A stretch of 64,000 bases of DNA from Muribaculaceae bacterium. GTDB taxonomy: Bacteria; Bacteroidota; Bacteroidia; Bacteroidales; Muribaculaceae. The DNA lies in NCBI GenBank assembly GCA_017889945.1, contig JAGAOW010000059.1:11083-75082 (forward strand), in the 5' to 3' direction. A model generated the notes under the pieces. It did no database searches and was not told where the DNA came from. It saw only the letters and a program-made list of their open reading frames with translations. Positions 40,036 to 48,638 of the stretch are shown here, in pieces. Position 1 is the first letter of the stretch. Each line of letters begins with the position of its first letter. The position numbers and the translations under genes are program-made.

Positions 40036-41173
40036 CGGGCGGAGTCGCAGTTTCTAAGATGAAACTGAACTGACCGCCGGGCGGCGTGAGTATCATCCTG
40101 CCGTCGACAATCCGCCGGTTTTCGACAACAACAGAGTCAGAGACCGGCTTTTTTTGTGCGGGACTTACGGAGTAGGTCGCTGCAATGCCGGGCGCTAAAA
40201 AGCGTTGGCTCAGGCTATGGGCCACGAAGCCCATAGTCATGCGCAGATTAAGTTCGACCGTTGCGTCGAGCAAAGCCTGTCCGTCGGGCATGCGTGCCAC
40301 AAGCATATCGACGCCGAGCGGGCCTGTGTAGCAGGGTGCAATCATTGACCCGACGGCGCATTGCAAGGCGGAGACTACGGCCGTGAGCTTATCTTTCGGA
40401 AAATAACGATCTATTTCATCGAGCAGAACATCATCTCCGGCAAGAAGGTTGCCACAATAGTTGCCGCCGTCGTCGGTCTTGAAAAACGAGTAGCCGACGA
40501 AATCGCATTTGCCATTTTCGCAAGTGAACAGACATGCGAAATCTGCGATGCGGTCATAAGCAGGTTCGACCATAACAGAGCCTTGACGACGGATGACTCC
40601 CACGCAGCGTCGCAACACTTCATCGGCTTTCATGCGGCGAGTGTCGGTCAATCCGCGTCCTGAACTCGACCAGGGGGATTTTATGATGCAGCAGGGGTGC
40701 TGATGTAGATATGCAGTCAGCATAGTGATGTCGGAAAATTCGACAGCTGCCTGTGCTATCTCAAAATCGAGCCGAGGGGCGATTGCCTTCCTTAGTTCGG
40801 CTGCTGTGCGCCGATGAGACAGCTGCCGATAGCGTTCGAGTTGCCTGTCGTCGGGCAGCAGAGACGGCTGAAAGCCTTCGGCGGCGAAATCGCGTCGCGC
40901 AGCCGCAGACCAACCCCAAGGTGTAGGGGCATAGTCAGCCGCAGACTGATGGTCGAAAATATCGACATCTATGCCAAAGCGTTCGCGGACCATGTCGAGC
41001 CAGCGCGCGTTGATGCCGTAAGCGAGCAGACGGTCGCCGTTGTCGGCATACCACAGTGGTAGTGCAGCTCCGGCGTTGCGCAGAGCAAGTGCGGCTTTCG
41101 GCGGCGTGAACTGCTGAAGCCCTGAAGCTAAAACGATGTCGTTTTCCGGGTTGAACAGATGAAGTTTTTGCAT
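40025..41173 (-). CDS. Hypothetical ATP-grasp-fold protein
   Basis: PWGW, IIKSPWSSSGRG, VMVEP, GPLGVDML and VELNLRMTMG resemble ATP-grasp ligase motifs. Confidence 0.65.
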   Translation of the reverse strand: MQKLHLFNPENDIVLASGLQQFTPPKAALALRNAGAALPLWYADNGDRLLAYGINARWLDMVRERFGIDVDIFDHQSAADYAPTPWGWSAAARRDFAAEGFQPSLLPDDRQLERYRQLSHRRTAAELRKAIAPRLDFEIAQAAVEFSDITMLTAYLHQHPCCIIKSPWSSSGRGLTDTRRMKADEVLRRCVGVIRRQGSVMVEPAYDRIADFACLFTCENGKCDFVGYSFFKTDDGGNYCGNLLAGDDVLLDEIDRYFPKDKLTAVVSALQCAVGSMIAPCYTGPLGVDMLVARMPDGQALLDATVELNLRMTMGFVAHSLSQRFLAPGIAATYSVSPAQKKPVSDSVVVENRRIVDGRMILTPPGGQFSFILETATPPVNS

Positions 41174-41187
41174 AGTGCAAAATTACG

Positions 41188-41249
41188 AAAAAAGGCCGAA
41201 GGTTCGGCATCTAAAGTAGCGCGGCTAAAAGTCGGCCGAAGGTTCGGCT
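41188..41249. repeat. Two copies of the hairpin ggccgaaggttcggc
   Basis: 15-bp direct repeats at 41194 and 41234, each self-complementary. On the minus strand each is followed by a U-run. Confidence 0.75.
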
Positions 41250-41549
41250 GCAAACGCAACCATTGTTGATAGAAACTACAAAAGGACAAAATTTCAAGGT
41301 TCTAATTTGTTGGTGTGAAGGTCGCACGGGCAATGGCAGTGATGATTGCTGTTGCATTTTTTTCGATTGATAGTGATTGACTGACTATTTTTTTATTCGA
41401 AAAAGTTCATTCAAACTTTTTCATTTGCAATCAAACCTATTATTCATTTATTAAACATATAATAGTCAGATTATCAATACAATCGAAATCAATTGCGTAA
41501 GCAATCGCCGACCGCGCCCAAGGGGATTGCATTGCGCTGTGTGATTTTC
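41190..41549 (-). ncRNA. Candidate structured ncRNA (long bulged rod)
   Basis: Consensus promoter at 41556-41587, co-linear inverted segments spanning 41328-41519, no ORF, hairpin/U-run ends near 41225 or 41190. Confidence 0.5.
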
Positions 41550-41555
41550 ACGATG

Positions 41556-41587
41556 CAAAGATAATACGCATTTTGATTGTGTACAAA
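41556..41587 (-). promoter_or_regulatory. Consensus Bacteroidetes sigma-A promoter
   Basis: Minus strand reads TTTG-N20-TATCTTTG. Confidence 0.75.
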
Positions 41588-41651
41588 TGTTTTCGCAATT
41601 ATTTTTGAAAATAATCGCAAAAAGAAGAATAATAGCCAATTAATAGGGAAT

Positions 41652-41685
41652 AAAAAACAGGACACCTTCTCACGAGGGCGTCCTG
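41652..41685 (-). terminator. Strong intrinsic terminator
   Basis: Minus strand reads CAGGACGCCCTC-GTGA-GAAGGTGTCCTG-TTTTTT. Confidence 0.85.
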
Positions 41686-41895
41686 CGGTGTTTTAAAGAC
41701 TTAAAACAATTACATAACTAACATAAAACACATTATCTATATCTTTTATAAATACCCGTTTTTAATCAAAGAGAGGGTTTCGATTCAGGTAACGAGATAC
41801 CTGCTGACTTTAAAATCAGATTTTGATGTTTTCAGATGTTAATGGTGTCATACAATCAAAATAAGTGTAAGTCGATAAGAGAATCATAAATTTTA
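41652..41895 (-). ncRNA. Candidate ~240-nt sRNA (possibly carrying a 23-codon small ORF)
   Basis: TAATTTTG box at 41901-41908, U/G-rich unstructured tract at 41701-41736, terminator at 41652-41685. Confidence 0.55.
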
Positions 41896-42037
41896 CGATG
41901 CAAAATTAATATGCCCTGACGAGCTTTGCAACGCTATATGACCGAGGTATAAGACGATATAAGATTATGGTTGAAGCAAGTGGTTGATTAATAGCGGTAT
42001 GGGCAAATTGAAAGTGTTCATTAATATAACAGTTCTA

Positions 42038-43594
42038 TTACGCCATAGGTGCGATTTTCATGACGTCGGCCTCGAAATTATCCTTGTCGACAGCGCGAGA
42101 ACGCAGTCGATTTCTATAAGAATAGATAGTATTGAGCGAGTAGTTGAGGATTTGGGCTATAGTAGCCGAGTCGTCGATTCCCATCCTCATGATGGCGAGA
42201 ATGCGGAGGTCGGTGTTGAGGGATTCTCCCTCCTTGAGAGTGATTGCACAGTCGGGGCGCAGCAGATTGTTGACTTTCTCGGCAAAATCAGGGTAGATGT
42301 GGAGGAAGGCATCGTCGAAGACGACATAGAAATCGGCGTTCTGCTCCTCGATAAATTTCCCGGATTTGAGCATGCGTGACAGTTCGTCGGCTTTGCCGGC
42401 AGATATTTTTCGGTCGGCTAGTTTGACAAATTTGTTGAGCTTGTCCATATAAATCGAACAGAGTTTGAGGAACTGGCCGATATACATATTTTTTCCGTTG
42501 TTGGCGATGCGCAACCTCGCTTCGAGCCTGCGCATGCGCTTCATCTCACGGTAGAGGACAAATAATGTAGCCACAAGGACGGTCAGGAGCAGGAACATTA
42601 TCGCCATAATCACATATATGGAATTGCGCCAAGAGTCGGCCTGACCATTGTAAGTACTGGCGATAATGGGCATGGCTTTGGAGGATTCGACCATGCGCAG
42701 AGTCGCGGCACAGCGCACGGCATTGTCGAGGGCAGTCGACAGATAGCGATATGAGCGATTGATGTCGCCGTCGTCGTAGAGAGTAGTGCCAAGTTCCTGA
42801 AGTGATGCCACTTCGAGTGTGGCCGACTCCATGTCGGCAATCGACGAACAGGCGAGATAGAATTTGTAGGCGTCGCGGTCGCCCTGACGCCGAGCGATAG
42901 ACGACAGATGATGATTGGCGCGCGCAAGCAGGCCCTTGTCGGCGGTGCGGTCGATGAGTTCGCCCAGAAGGGCCTTTGCTTTGGACAGACTGCCTGTCAA
43001 GAGGCAGTATTCGCCGAGATTGAACAGATACTCGTCGCTGCTGCGGTCGAGAACCGCGAGCAGACACTGTTGACGGTCGAGCGCCTTGGCCTGATACAGC
43101 TCCTTGTATGGTTTGAAATCAGAATATGCCGAGGCAATGTAGCTATAGAGCTTGCGACCGCTTTCATAGTAGAGTCCGGGGTCGGCACGGTGTGCTTCGA
43201 GGCTGTCGATAGACTCATATTCGATGACCGCTGCCTCGAACAGCCCGGCAAGAGGCATGAGCGCTGTCCGTTTGAGTTGCGCCGCAATGCGGTCGCCATC
43301 GTCAACGGCAGCGTTAAACGCAAGGTCGAAATATGCCAGAGCGGAGTCATTGGAAAACGATGTGTAGGTGTCGCCGATTTCCATCAGAGTGGCAAAGTTC
43401 TCTGACTCGCTGTAGACCTGCTTCAGCGAATCGATTTTGCTCTGCCGCTGCGAGATAATCGCCGCTCGTCGGTCGAGAGTGCGGTCAAGCCGGCTGATGG
43501 CCTTGTCGAGTTGGTCACGGCTTATCTCTCCGGCTGCAAAAGCGGGAAAGACAGCGAGCAAGACAAAAAGCAATGACGCAAGACAAGACCTCAT
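42038..43594 (-). CDS. DUF6377 / SusR-like membrane-spanning transcriptional regulator
   Basis: Signal peptide, TPR-like periplasmic region, single TM, YIGQFLKLCSIY, FDDAFLHIYPDF and HTH LNTDLRI...IAQILNYSLNTIYSYRNR. Confidence 0.88.
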   Translation of the reverse strand: MRSCLASLLFVLLAVFPAFAAGEISRDQLDKAISRLDRTLDRRAAIISQRQSKIDSLKQVYSESENFATLMEIGDTYTSFSNDSALAYFDLAFNAAVDDGDRIAAQLKRTALMPLAGLFEAAVIEYESIDSLEAHRADPGLYYESGRKLYSYIASAYSDFKPYKELYQAKALDRQQCLLAVLDRSSDEYLFNLGEYCLLTGSLSKAKALLGELIDRTADKGLLARANHHLSSIARRQGDRDAYKFYLACSSIADMESATLEVASLQELGTTLYDDGDINRSYRYLSTALDNAVRCAATLRMVESSKAMPIIASTYNGQADSWRNSIYVIMAIMFLLLTVLVATLFVLYREMKRMRRLEARLRIANNGKNMYIGQFLKLCSIYMDKLNKFVKLADRKISAGKADELSRMLKSGKFIEEQNADFYVVFDDAFLHIYPDFAEKVNNLLRPDCAITLKEGESLNTDLRILAIMRMGIDDSATIAQILNYSLNTIYSYRNRLRSRAVDKDNFEADVMKIAPMA

Positions 43595-43605
43595 AAGCGG
43601 GAGTA

Positions 43606-45519
43606 TCAATTGAAAAGGCGCGAAAGCTCGTCCATTGCGACAGTGACGATAATGGTCAGTCCGTCGGGTGTGAAATTGGGCGCTGAGGTCTTGAACAAGT
43701 CAGCCACAAGCATGTCAGTCTCAGCCTCCGACATGCGGTTGCTGACATTGACAGCCGCAGTTTTGGCCATCGACGATGCGATTGTGCGGAACAATTCAGT
43801 GTCGGGGAGTTCGCCGGTCTGCGATACCTTCTCGATGATGTCGACGATGGTTTCGCGAGGCGAGGCGGCGCTCAGAGCCGAGGGCATGCCGTTGACGGCC
43901 CAGGTGTTGTCGCCCAAGGGCGACAGGTCGAAGCCCAGACGCGCCATAGAGTCGCATATCGAGGCCAGTACAAGATCCTGCGAGACGCTCAGAACGACAG
44001 ACTCGGGGAAAATCATGCGCTGAGTCGCAATGCGACCGTCGGCGATTCCGGCCATGATGCGTTCGTAAAGCACGCGCACATGGGCGCGATGCCGGTCAAT
44101 GACCATCAGGCCGTCGCGCACTGGAGTGGCGATGTATTTGTAGCCGACGGTAATATATGACGGAGTCGGACTATGGCCAGCAACAGCCGACGACTGATTA
44201 GAATCGGCATCGGGCAACTCGTCGAGCCCCATCTGACGGACAGCGGGACGCGACTGCTCCAAAATGTTGAGGGCGCTGCGCACTTCGGCAAGCGAAGCCG
44301 TGCGCTCACGGCCCAAAGCAGAAGGGCGTTCGTTCCATCCGGCAGAAGATGTGCGGTTTGGAGATGTGGCGACATCGGGGAATTGATCCTGACTGACAGC
44401 TATGTCCGCCGTAAAGGGGTTGTATGAAGCGTCGACATCCACTTTGGCCGAACCGCCGACTGCGGGGTCAAAAGCCGGAATATCGGGGGCATCCTCGACG
44501 TTGAAATCGATAGCTCCCGAAGCATTGGTCTTGCCGAGAGCCTCGCGGACAGCGGCGACAACAATCTGCCATATGGCCTGTTCGTCCTCGAACTTAATCT
44601 CATGTTTCTGAGGATGGATGTTGACATCAATCCTGTCAGGGTCGACCTCGAAATTGATGAAATAAGAGGGCTGGACGTCAGAAGCCACAAGATGCTCGAA
44701 ACAGCTCATAACCGCGCGATGGAAGTAAGGATGACGCATGTTGCGGCCATTGACAAAGAGATATTGGTGTGCGCCGCGACGGCGAGCATACTGCGGCAGT
44801 CCGACAAAGCCCGACAATTTCACGAGCGATGTTTCGGTCGCAAGCGGAATAATCTGCCGTTCGATCGCCTTGCCGAAGAGTTCGCCGATGCGCATACGCA
44901 GCGAACCGTGGAGCAGACGATGGAGTGTGACGTCGTTGTGGATGAGTGTGAAATCGACGTCGGTATTGACAAGTGCGAGGCGTTCGAACTCATGGATTAT
45001 GTGACCGAGTTCGACCGAGTCTTTCTTGAGGAATTTTCGTCGGGCGGGGAGGTAGGCAAAGAGATTCTTTACCATGATATTCGAGCCGGGCACACATGCG
45101 CAAGGCTCTTGCGACTCCATTTTCGAGGCGGCGATAACCAAACGGCTGCCGACTTTGTCGTCGCGGCGCATGGTGCGCAACTCAATCTGAGCCACCGCAG
45201 CAATCGAGGCGAGCGCCTCGCCACGGAAGCCCATGGTGTGGAGCGAATATAAATCCTCGGCGGCTGCAATCTTGCTTGTTGCATGGCGCTCGAAAGCCAT
45301 ACGGGCATCGGTCGGCGACATGCCTGAACCGTTGTCGACGACCTGAATAAGGGTGCGTCCGGCATCCTTGATGATAATGCTGATGTCGGTCGCGCCTGCG
45401 TCGATGGCATTCTCAACCAGTTCCTTAACAACAGAAGCGGGTCGCTGAATGACTTCGCCGGCAGCAATCTGATTGGCCACCGAATCGGGCAGAAGTTTTA
45501 TGATGTCGCTATCGGGCAT
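43606..45519 (-). CDS. mutL: DNA mismatch repair endonuclease MutL
   Basis: NQIAAGEVIQRP, KELVENAIDAG, GFRGEAL and DVNIHP. Confidence 0.96.
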   Translation of the reverse strand: MPDSDIIKLLPDSVANQIAAGEVIQRPASVVKELVENAIDAGATDISIIIKDAGRTLIQVVDNGSGMSPTDARMAFERHATSKIAAAEDLYSLHTMGFRGEALASIAAVAQIELRTMRRDDKVGSRLVIAASKMESQEPCACVPGSNIMVKNLFAYLPARRKFLKKDSVELGHIIHEFERLALVNTDVDFTLIHNDVTLHRLLHGSLRMRIGELFGKAIERQIIPLATETSLVKLSGFVGLPQYARRRGAHQYLFVNGRNMRHPYFHRAVMSCFEHLVASDVQPSYFINFEVDPDRIDVNIHPQKHEIKFEDEQAIWQIVVAAVREALGKTNASGAIDFNVEDAPDIPAFDPAVGGSAKVDVDASYNPFTADIAVSQDQFPDVATSPNRTSSAGWNERPSALGRERTASLAEVRSALNILEQSRPAVRQMGLDELPDADSNQSSAVAGHSPTPSYITVGYKYIATPVRDGLMVIDRHRAHVRVLYERIMAGIADGRIATQRMIFPESVVLSVSQDLVLASICDSMARLGFDLSPLGDNTWAVNGMPSALSAASPRETIVDIIEKVSQTGELPDTELFRTIASSMAKTAAVNVSNRMSEAETDMLVADLFKTSAPNFTPDGLTIIVTVAMDELSRLFN

Positions 45520-46100
45520 TATTGATTGATGTCGTAGGAAACAGCTTCGAGATAATAGAACGAAAGATAGTCCTTACCTTCTTTAGCAAGACGGTCGCTG
45601 ATGCGAGCGCGGAAATCGGCCATGCGGGCATCGAATTCGCAGATAGAGTCCTGTCCGTTGGCTTTAGCTTCGGTCGAGCAGTTGTGGTCGGCCGCGCCTT
45701 CAGTCTTGGCGTGCTGAGCCTCCATTTCTTTGACCTCGGCTTCGCCGATACGATTTTCGCAAACTACGCCTTTGACAGACAAAGTCTTGCCTACACAGTC
45801 GGGAGAAAAGGCTCCGCCCATGGCTGCAGTGGCCTCACAGCGAAGCATGGCAAGGCTGTCAGCCCCGACGAGGAATGCTTTTTTGCCGCCGTGTTTGCAC
45901 AAATGGCTGCAATCGCCGACAACAATGACGGTGTCGCCTAAAAGGTCATCGGCATCAGCCAGGAGCGAGTCGACAGAGAGAGACGGGCAAAGGTTCTCGG
46001 CCTCGGCTGTATTATCGGTCTTTTTAGAATTGCACGATGCGGCACAAGCGATAATCAGGAGCGCTGCGGCAAAGGCGAAGAAATTTTTGAAGAGTTTCAT
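45519..46100 (-). CDS. Hypothetical lipoprotein (OB-fold-like, Cys/His motif)
   Basis: Lipobox AASC and CSHLCKHGGKK. Confidence 0.7.
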   Translation of the reverse strand: MKLFKNFFAFAAALLIIACAASCNSKKTDNTAEAENLCPSLSVDSLLADADDLLGDTVIVVGDCSHLCKHGGKKAFLVGADSLAMLRCEATAAMGGAFSPDCVGKTLSVKGVVCENRIGEAEVKEMEAQHAKTEGAADHNCSTEAKANGQDSICEFDARMADFRARISDRLAKEGKDYLSFYYLEAVSYDINQ

Positions 46101-46104
46101 ATTA

Positions 46105-46959
46105 TTAAAGATTTGGAATTTGACGTCTGCGGAACGCATCTATATAGCTGCCGGAGGTGGCGTTGAAGATATCAATGCCCCGGCGGCGGGCGTAGCGTTC
46201 GATTTTGTGATAGCTAAGGAAAGCCGTGTAGTAGCTCAGGAGAATCTGGTGGAGTCGATAGCCGCGGTATTCGTTTTTAGAGCGCTTGACTTCGGATTGT
46301 GATTCCTTGTAGAAATGATTCATGCCCGAAACGACCTCGTTGTCGTCGGTCACATGCAAGTCCTGCATCCACGAGTGGTCGGCACCACATATATATATAG
46401 TCTTATAGCCAAGCATCATGCCGGCCATAATCGAGGGTATGAGCACATTGCGCGGGCGCGGCATGGCGTGTCCGCTGCCGTAGGCGAGATTTTCAAACAA
46501 GCCGAAGCCTTCGACACCGTTGCCGATGAAAGTTTCGACCCTGACATTTTGGGGCAGCGTCACGGCCTTGTCGAGCAATCGGCGATAGCGCCGGTCGACA
46601 ATCAGGCGCATAGGCCAACTGACGGCAGAGAGATTGGCAAGCAGACGGCTGACATTCTCATCGGCAGTGGCGCGGAAGAAATGCGGGTCGGCAAGCACAT
46701 AATAATCGGGCTTAAGAGTGAAGAATTCCGGAGCGCATGCGGCGAAATTGACGGCGAGTGTGCGCGAGCGGCTCAGAGAGTCGGCATGTTCGTCGATTAC
46801 TTTGCGCAAAGACGGACCGTTGGCAAGGATGATAAGCGGCTCTGACTCCGCGTTTTTGACCTTTGAGATGGTCGGTGGCGCAGGGTTGAGGGCGATTTTG
46901 ACCATGCCTTTGAGCGTCTGGCCGAGTCGGGCTGCGAAATCAGAGACTGTGTTGGTCAT
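46105..46959 (-). CDS. DUF115/Maf-like or CstII-like glycosyltransferase-fold protein
   Basis: ILANGPSL, AVN, PDYYVLADP, LGYKTIYICGADH and NHFY. Confidence 0.6.
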   Translation of the reverse strand: MTNTVSDFAARLGQTLKGMVKIALNPAPPTISKVKNAESEPLIILANGPSLRKVIDEHADSLSRSRTLAVNFAACAPEFFTLKPDYYVLADPHFFRATADENVSRLLANLSAVSWPMRLIVDRRYRRLLDKAVTLPQNVRVETFIGNGVEGFGLFENLAYGSGHAMPRPRNVLIPSIMAGMMLGYKTIYICGADHSWMQDLHVTDDNEVVSGMNHFYKESQSEVKRSKNEYRGYRLHQILLSYYTAFLSYHKIERYARRRGIDIFNATSGSYIDAFRRRQIPNL

Positions 46960-47647
46960 ATACATGATTTTTAAGATAATCGACAACGACAGTCGGCTGA
47001 TAGTCAGCAACGGAACGCAGTTTGCCGTCGGAGAAACAGAGCGAGCGTGAGGCTTCAGCCATTTTCCGTTTGCCGAAAAGCAGTTTGTACCACTTTGGCT
47101 TCAACATCATCAAACGCTTCTGCGACATGCGCCAGGCTAAAGCATCGGCAAGCTCGTTGACCGGGGTCTCGCGGCCATCGGTCACATTATATATATCATT
47201 GTTGCCGATGGTCAGGCGTGCGACCAAAGGCAAATCGACGGCATGGACAACGCTGCGGACGGCTTCGTTGCCGCTTAGGCCGATGTATGTTCCGCGATAT
47301 ATGCGCTCGGCGAGCCGGCGGACATAGCCCTGCATGCCTGTGCAAACCACAGGCGCACAGCGCAAAAGCACATAGCGAAGTCCGTGCTCACGGCAATCAT
47401 TCAAAAACCGAAGTTCACAGTCAAGCTCGGGGCTGTCAGAGCGCAACGGAGCCAATTCGTTGACGTTCAGCCCCTCGTCGACATCATAGACATCAACCGT
47501 CGACAGCATGACGGCCGCATCAGCATCAGCAATGCTGTCGGTCAGCTCGTATTCGGGCATCATACGCTCAAAATATGGTCTGACATATTCTCTTGACGGG
47601 GCGTAGAGAAACAGACGCGGCAACTTATCGGGTACGGATTCGCTCAT
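46940..47647 (-). CDS. Degenerate NAD-dependent epimerase/SDR-like protein
   Basis: LSTVDVY, LLRCAPV, RSVVHAVDL and YNVTDG; lacks the N-terminal GxxGxxG. Confidence 0.6.
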   Translation of the reverse strand: MSESVPDKLPRLFLYAPSREYVRPYFERMMPEYELTDSIADADAAVMLSTVDVYDVDEGLNVNELAPLRSDSPELDCELRFLNDCREHGLRYVLLRCAPVVCTGMQGYVRRLAERIYRGTYIGLSGNEAVRSVVHAVDLPLVARLTIGNNDIYNVTDGRETPVNELADALAWRMSQKRLMMLKPKWYKLLFGKRKMAEASRSLCFSDGKLRSVADYQPTVVVDYLKNHVYDQHSL

Positions 47648-47768
47648 TTGACGATTGGCTTTCAAGGTTGACTGATGAAACTTTCACGCAAAAATACAAA
47701 AAAATGGGGCATCGGGCGTTCCATATAGACCGAATTTTAATAATTTTGCAATTTCAAACAGCAGAATA

Positions 47769-48632
47769 ATGAGTAAAGCGGACACAAACATAAAAGCGCC
47801 AATCAAAATCGACATCCGTGCCGTCGTCAGCGAACGTCTCGGCAGGGCGTCGCGCTTTGTGCCCTCATTTATTATCCGTAAACTTGAGAAACTTATTTGC
47901 CAAAACAGGCTCAACGATTTGCTCGAAAGGAATTTTCCCGACGAAGGCGCAGACTTCTGCCGCGGTGTGCTTTCAGACCTTGACATCAAGGTCGAGATGG
48001 TTAATGCCAAGCGTCTGCCTGAGCCGGAGCACCGGCGCGTGATTATCGTCTGCAACCACCCTTTGGGCGGTCTCGACGGGATGGCGCTTATCGACTACTT
48101 CACGGGATATTTCGGCTGCCGGGTTATGTTTGTTGTCAATGACCTGCTGATGGCTGTCAAGCCTCTAGCACCGGTCTTTTTGCCGATTAACAAGCACGGA
48201 CGCCAAAGTCGCGAGGCTATCTGCGCCATCGATGAGGTGCTGAAAGGCGACGAGCCGGTCATCATTTTTCCCGCCGGCCTTGTTTCGCGTCAGAAAAGCG
48301 GCAATGGACCGATTGCCGACCTCGAATGGAAAAAAATGTTTGTCAACAAAGCTGTCGAATTCGAGCGTGACATAGTGCCGCTATATTTCGACGGCGAGAA
48401 TTCAGGCCGTTTCTATTCATTTGCCCGTCGCCGCGAGAGCATGGGAATAAAATTCAATTTCGAAATGGTGCTTCTTCCGTCAGAGGTATTTAAGGCCGAA
48501 GGCAAGACATTCAGGGTCAACTGCGGGCATATCATTCCGTGGCAAAGTCTTAGCGGCGGCCGTCAGGCTCAGGACGAGGCTAATGCCATCAGAAGAACGG
48601 TCTATGACCTTAAAAATGAATTACAAGATTAA
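47769..48632 (+). CDS. PlsC-family O-acyltransferase (glycine-lipid GlsA-like)
   Basis: NHPLGGLDG, FPAGLVSR and WKKMF; paired with the downstream GNAT gene. Confidence 0.8.
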   Translation: MSKADTNIKAPIKIDIRAVVSERLGRASRFVPSFIIRKLEKLICQNRLNDLLERNFPDEGADFCRGVLSDLDIKVEMVNAKRLPEPEHRRVIIVCNHPLGGLDGMALIDYFTGYFGCRVMFVVNDLLMAVKPLAPVFLPINKHGRQSREAICAIDEVLKGDEPVIIFPAGLVSRQKSGNGPIADLEWKKMFVNKAVEFERDIVPLYFDGENSGRFYSFARRRESMGIKFNFEMVLLPSEVFKAEGKTFRVNCGHIIPWQSLSGGRQAQDEANAIRRTVYDLKNELQD

Positions 48633-48638
48633 CAGCAT

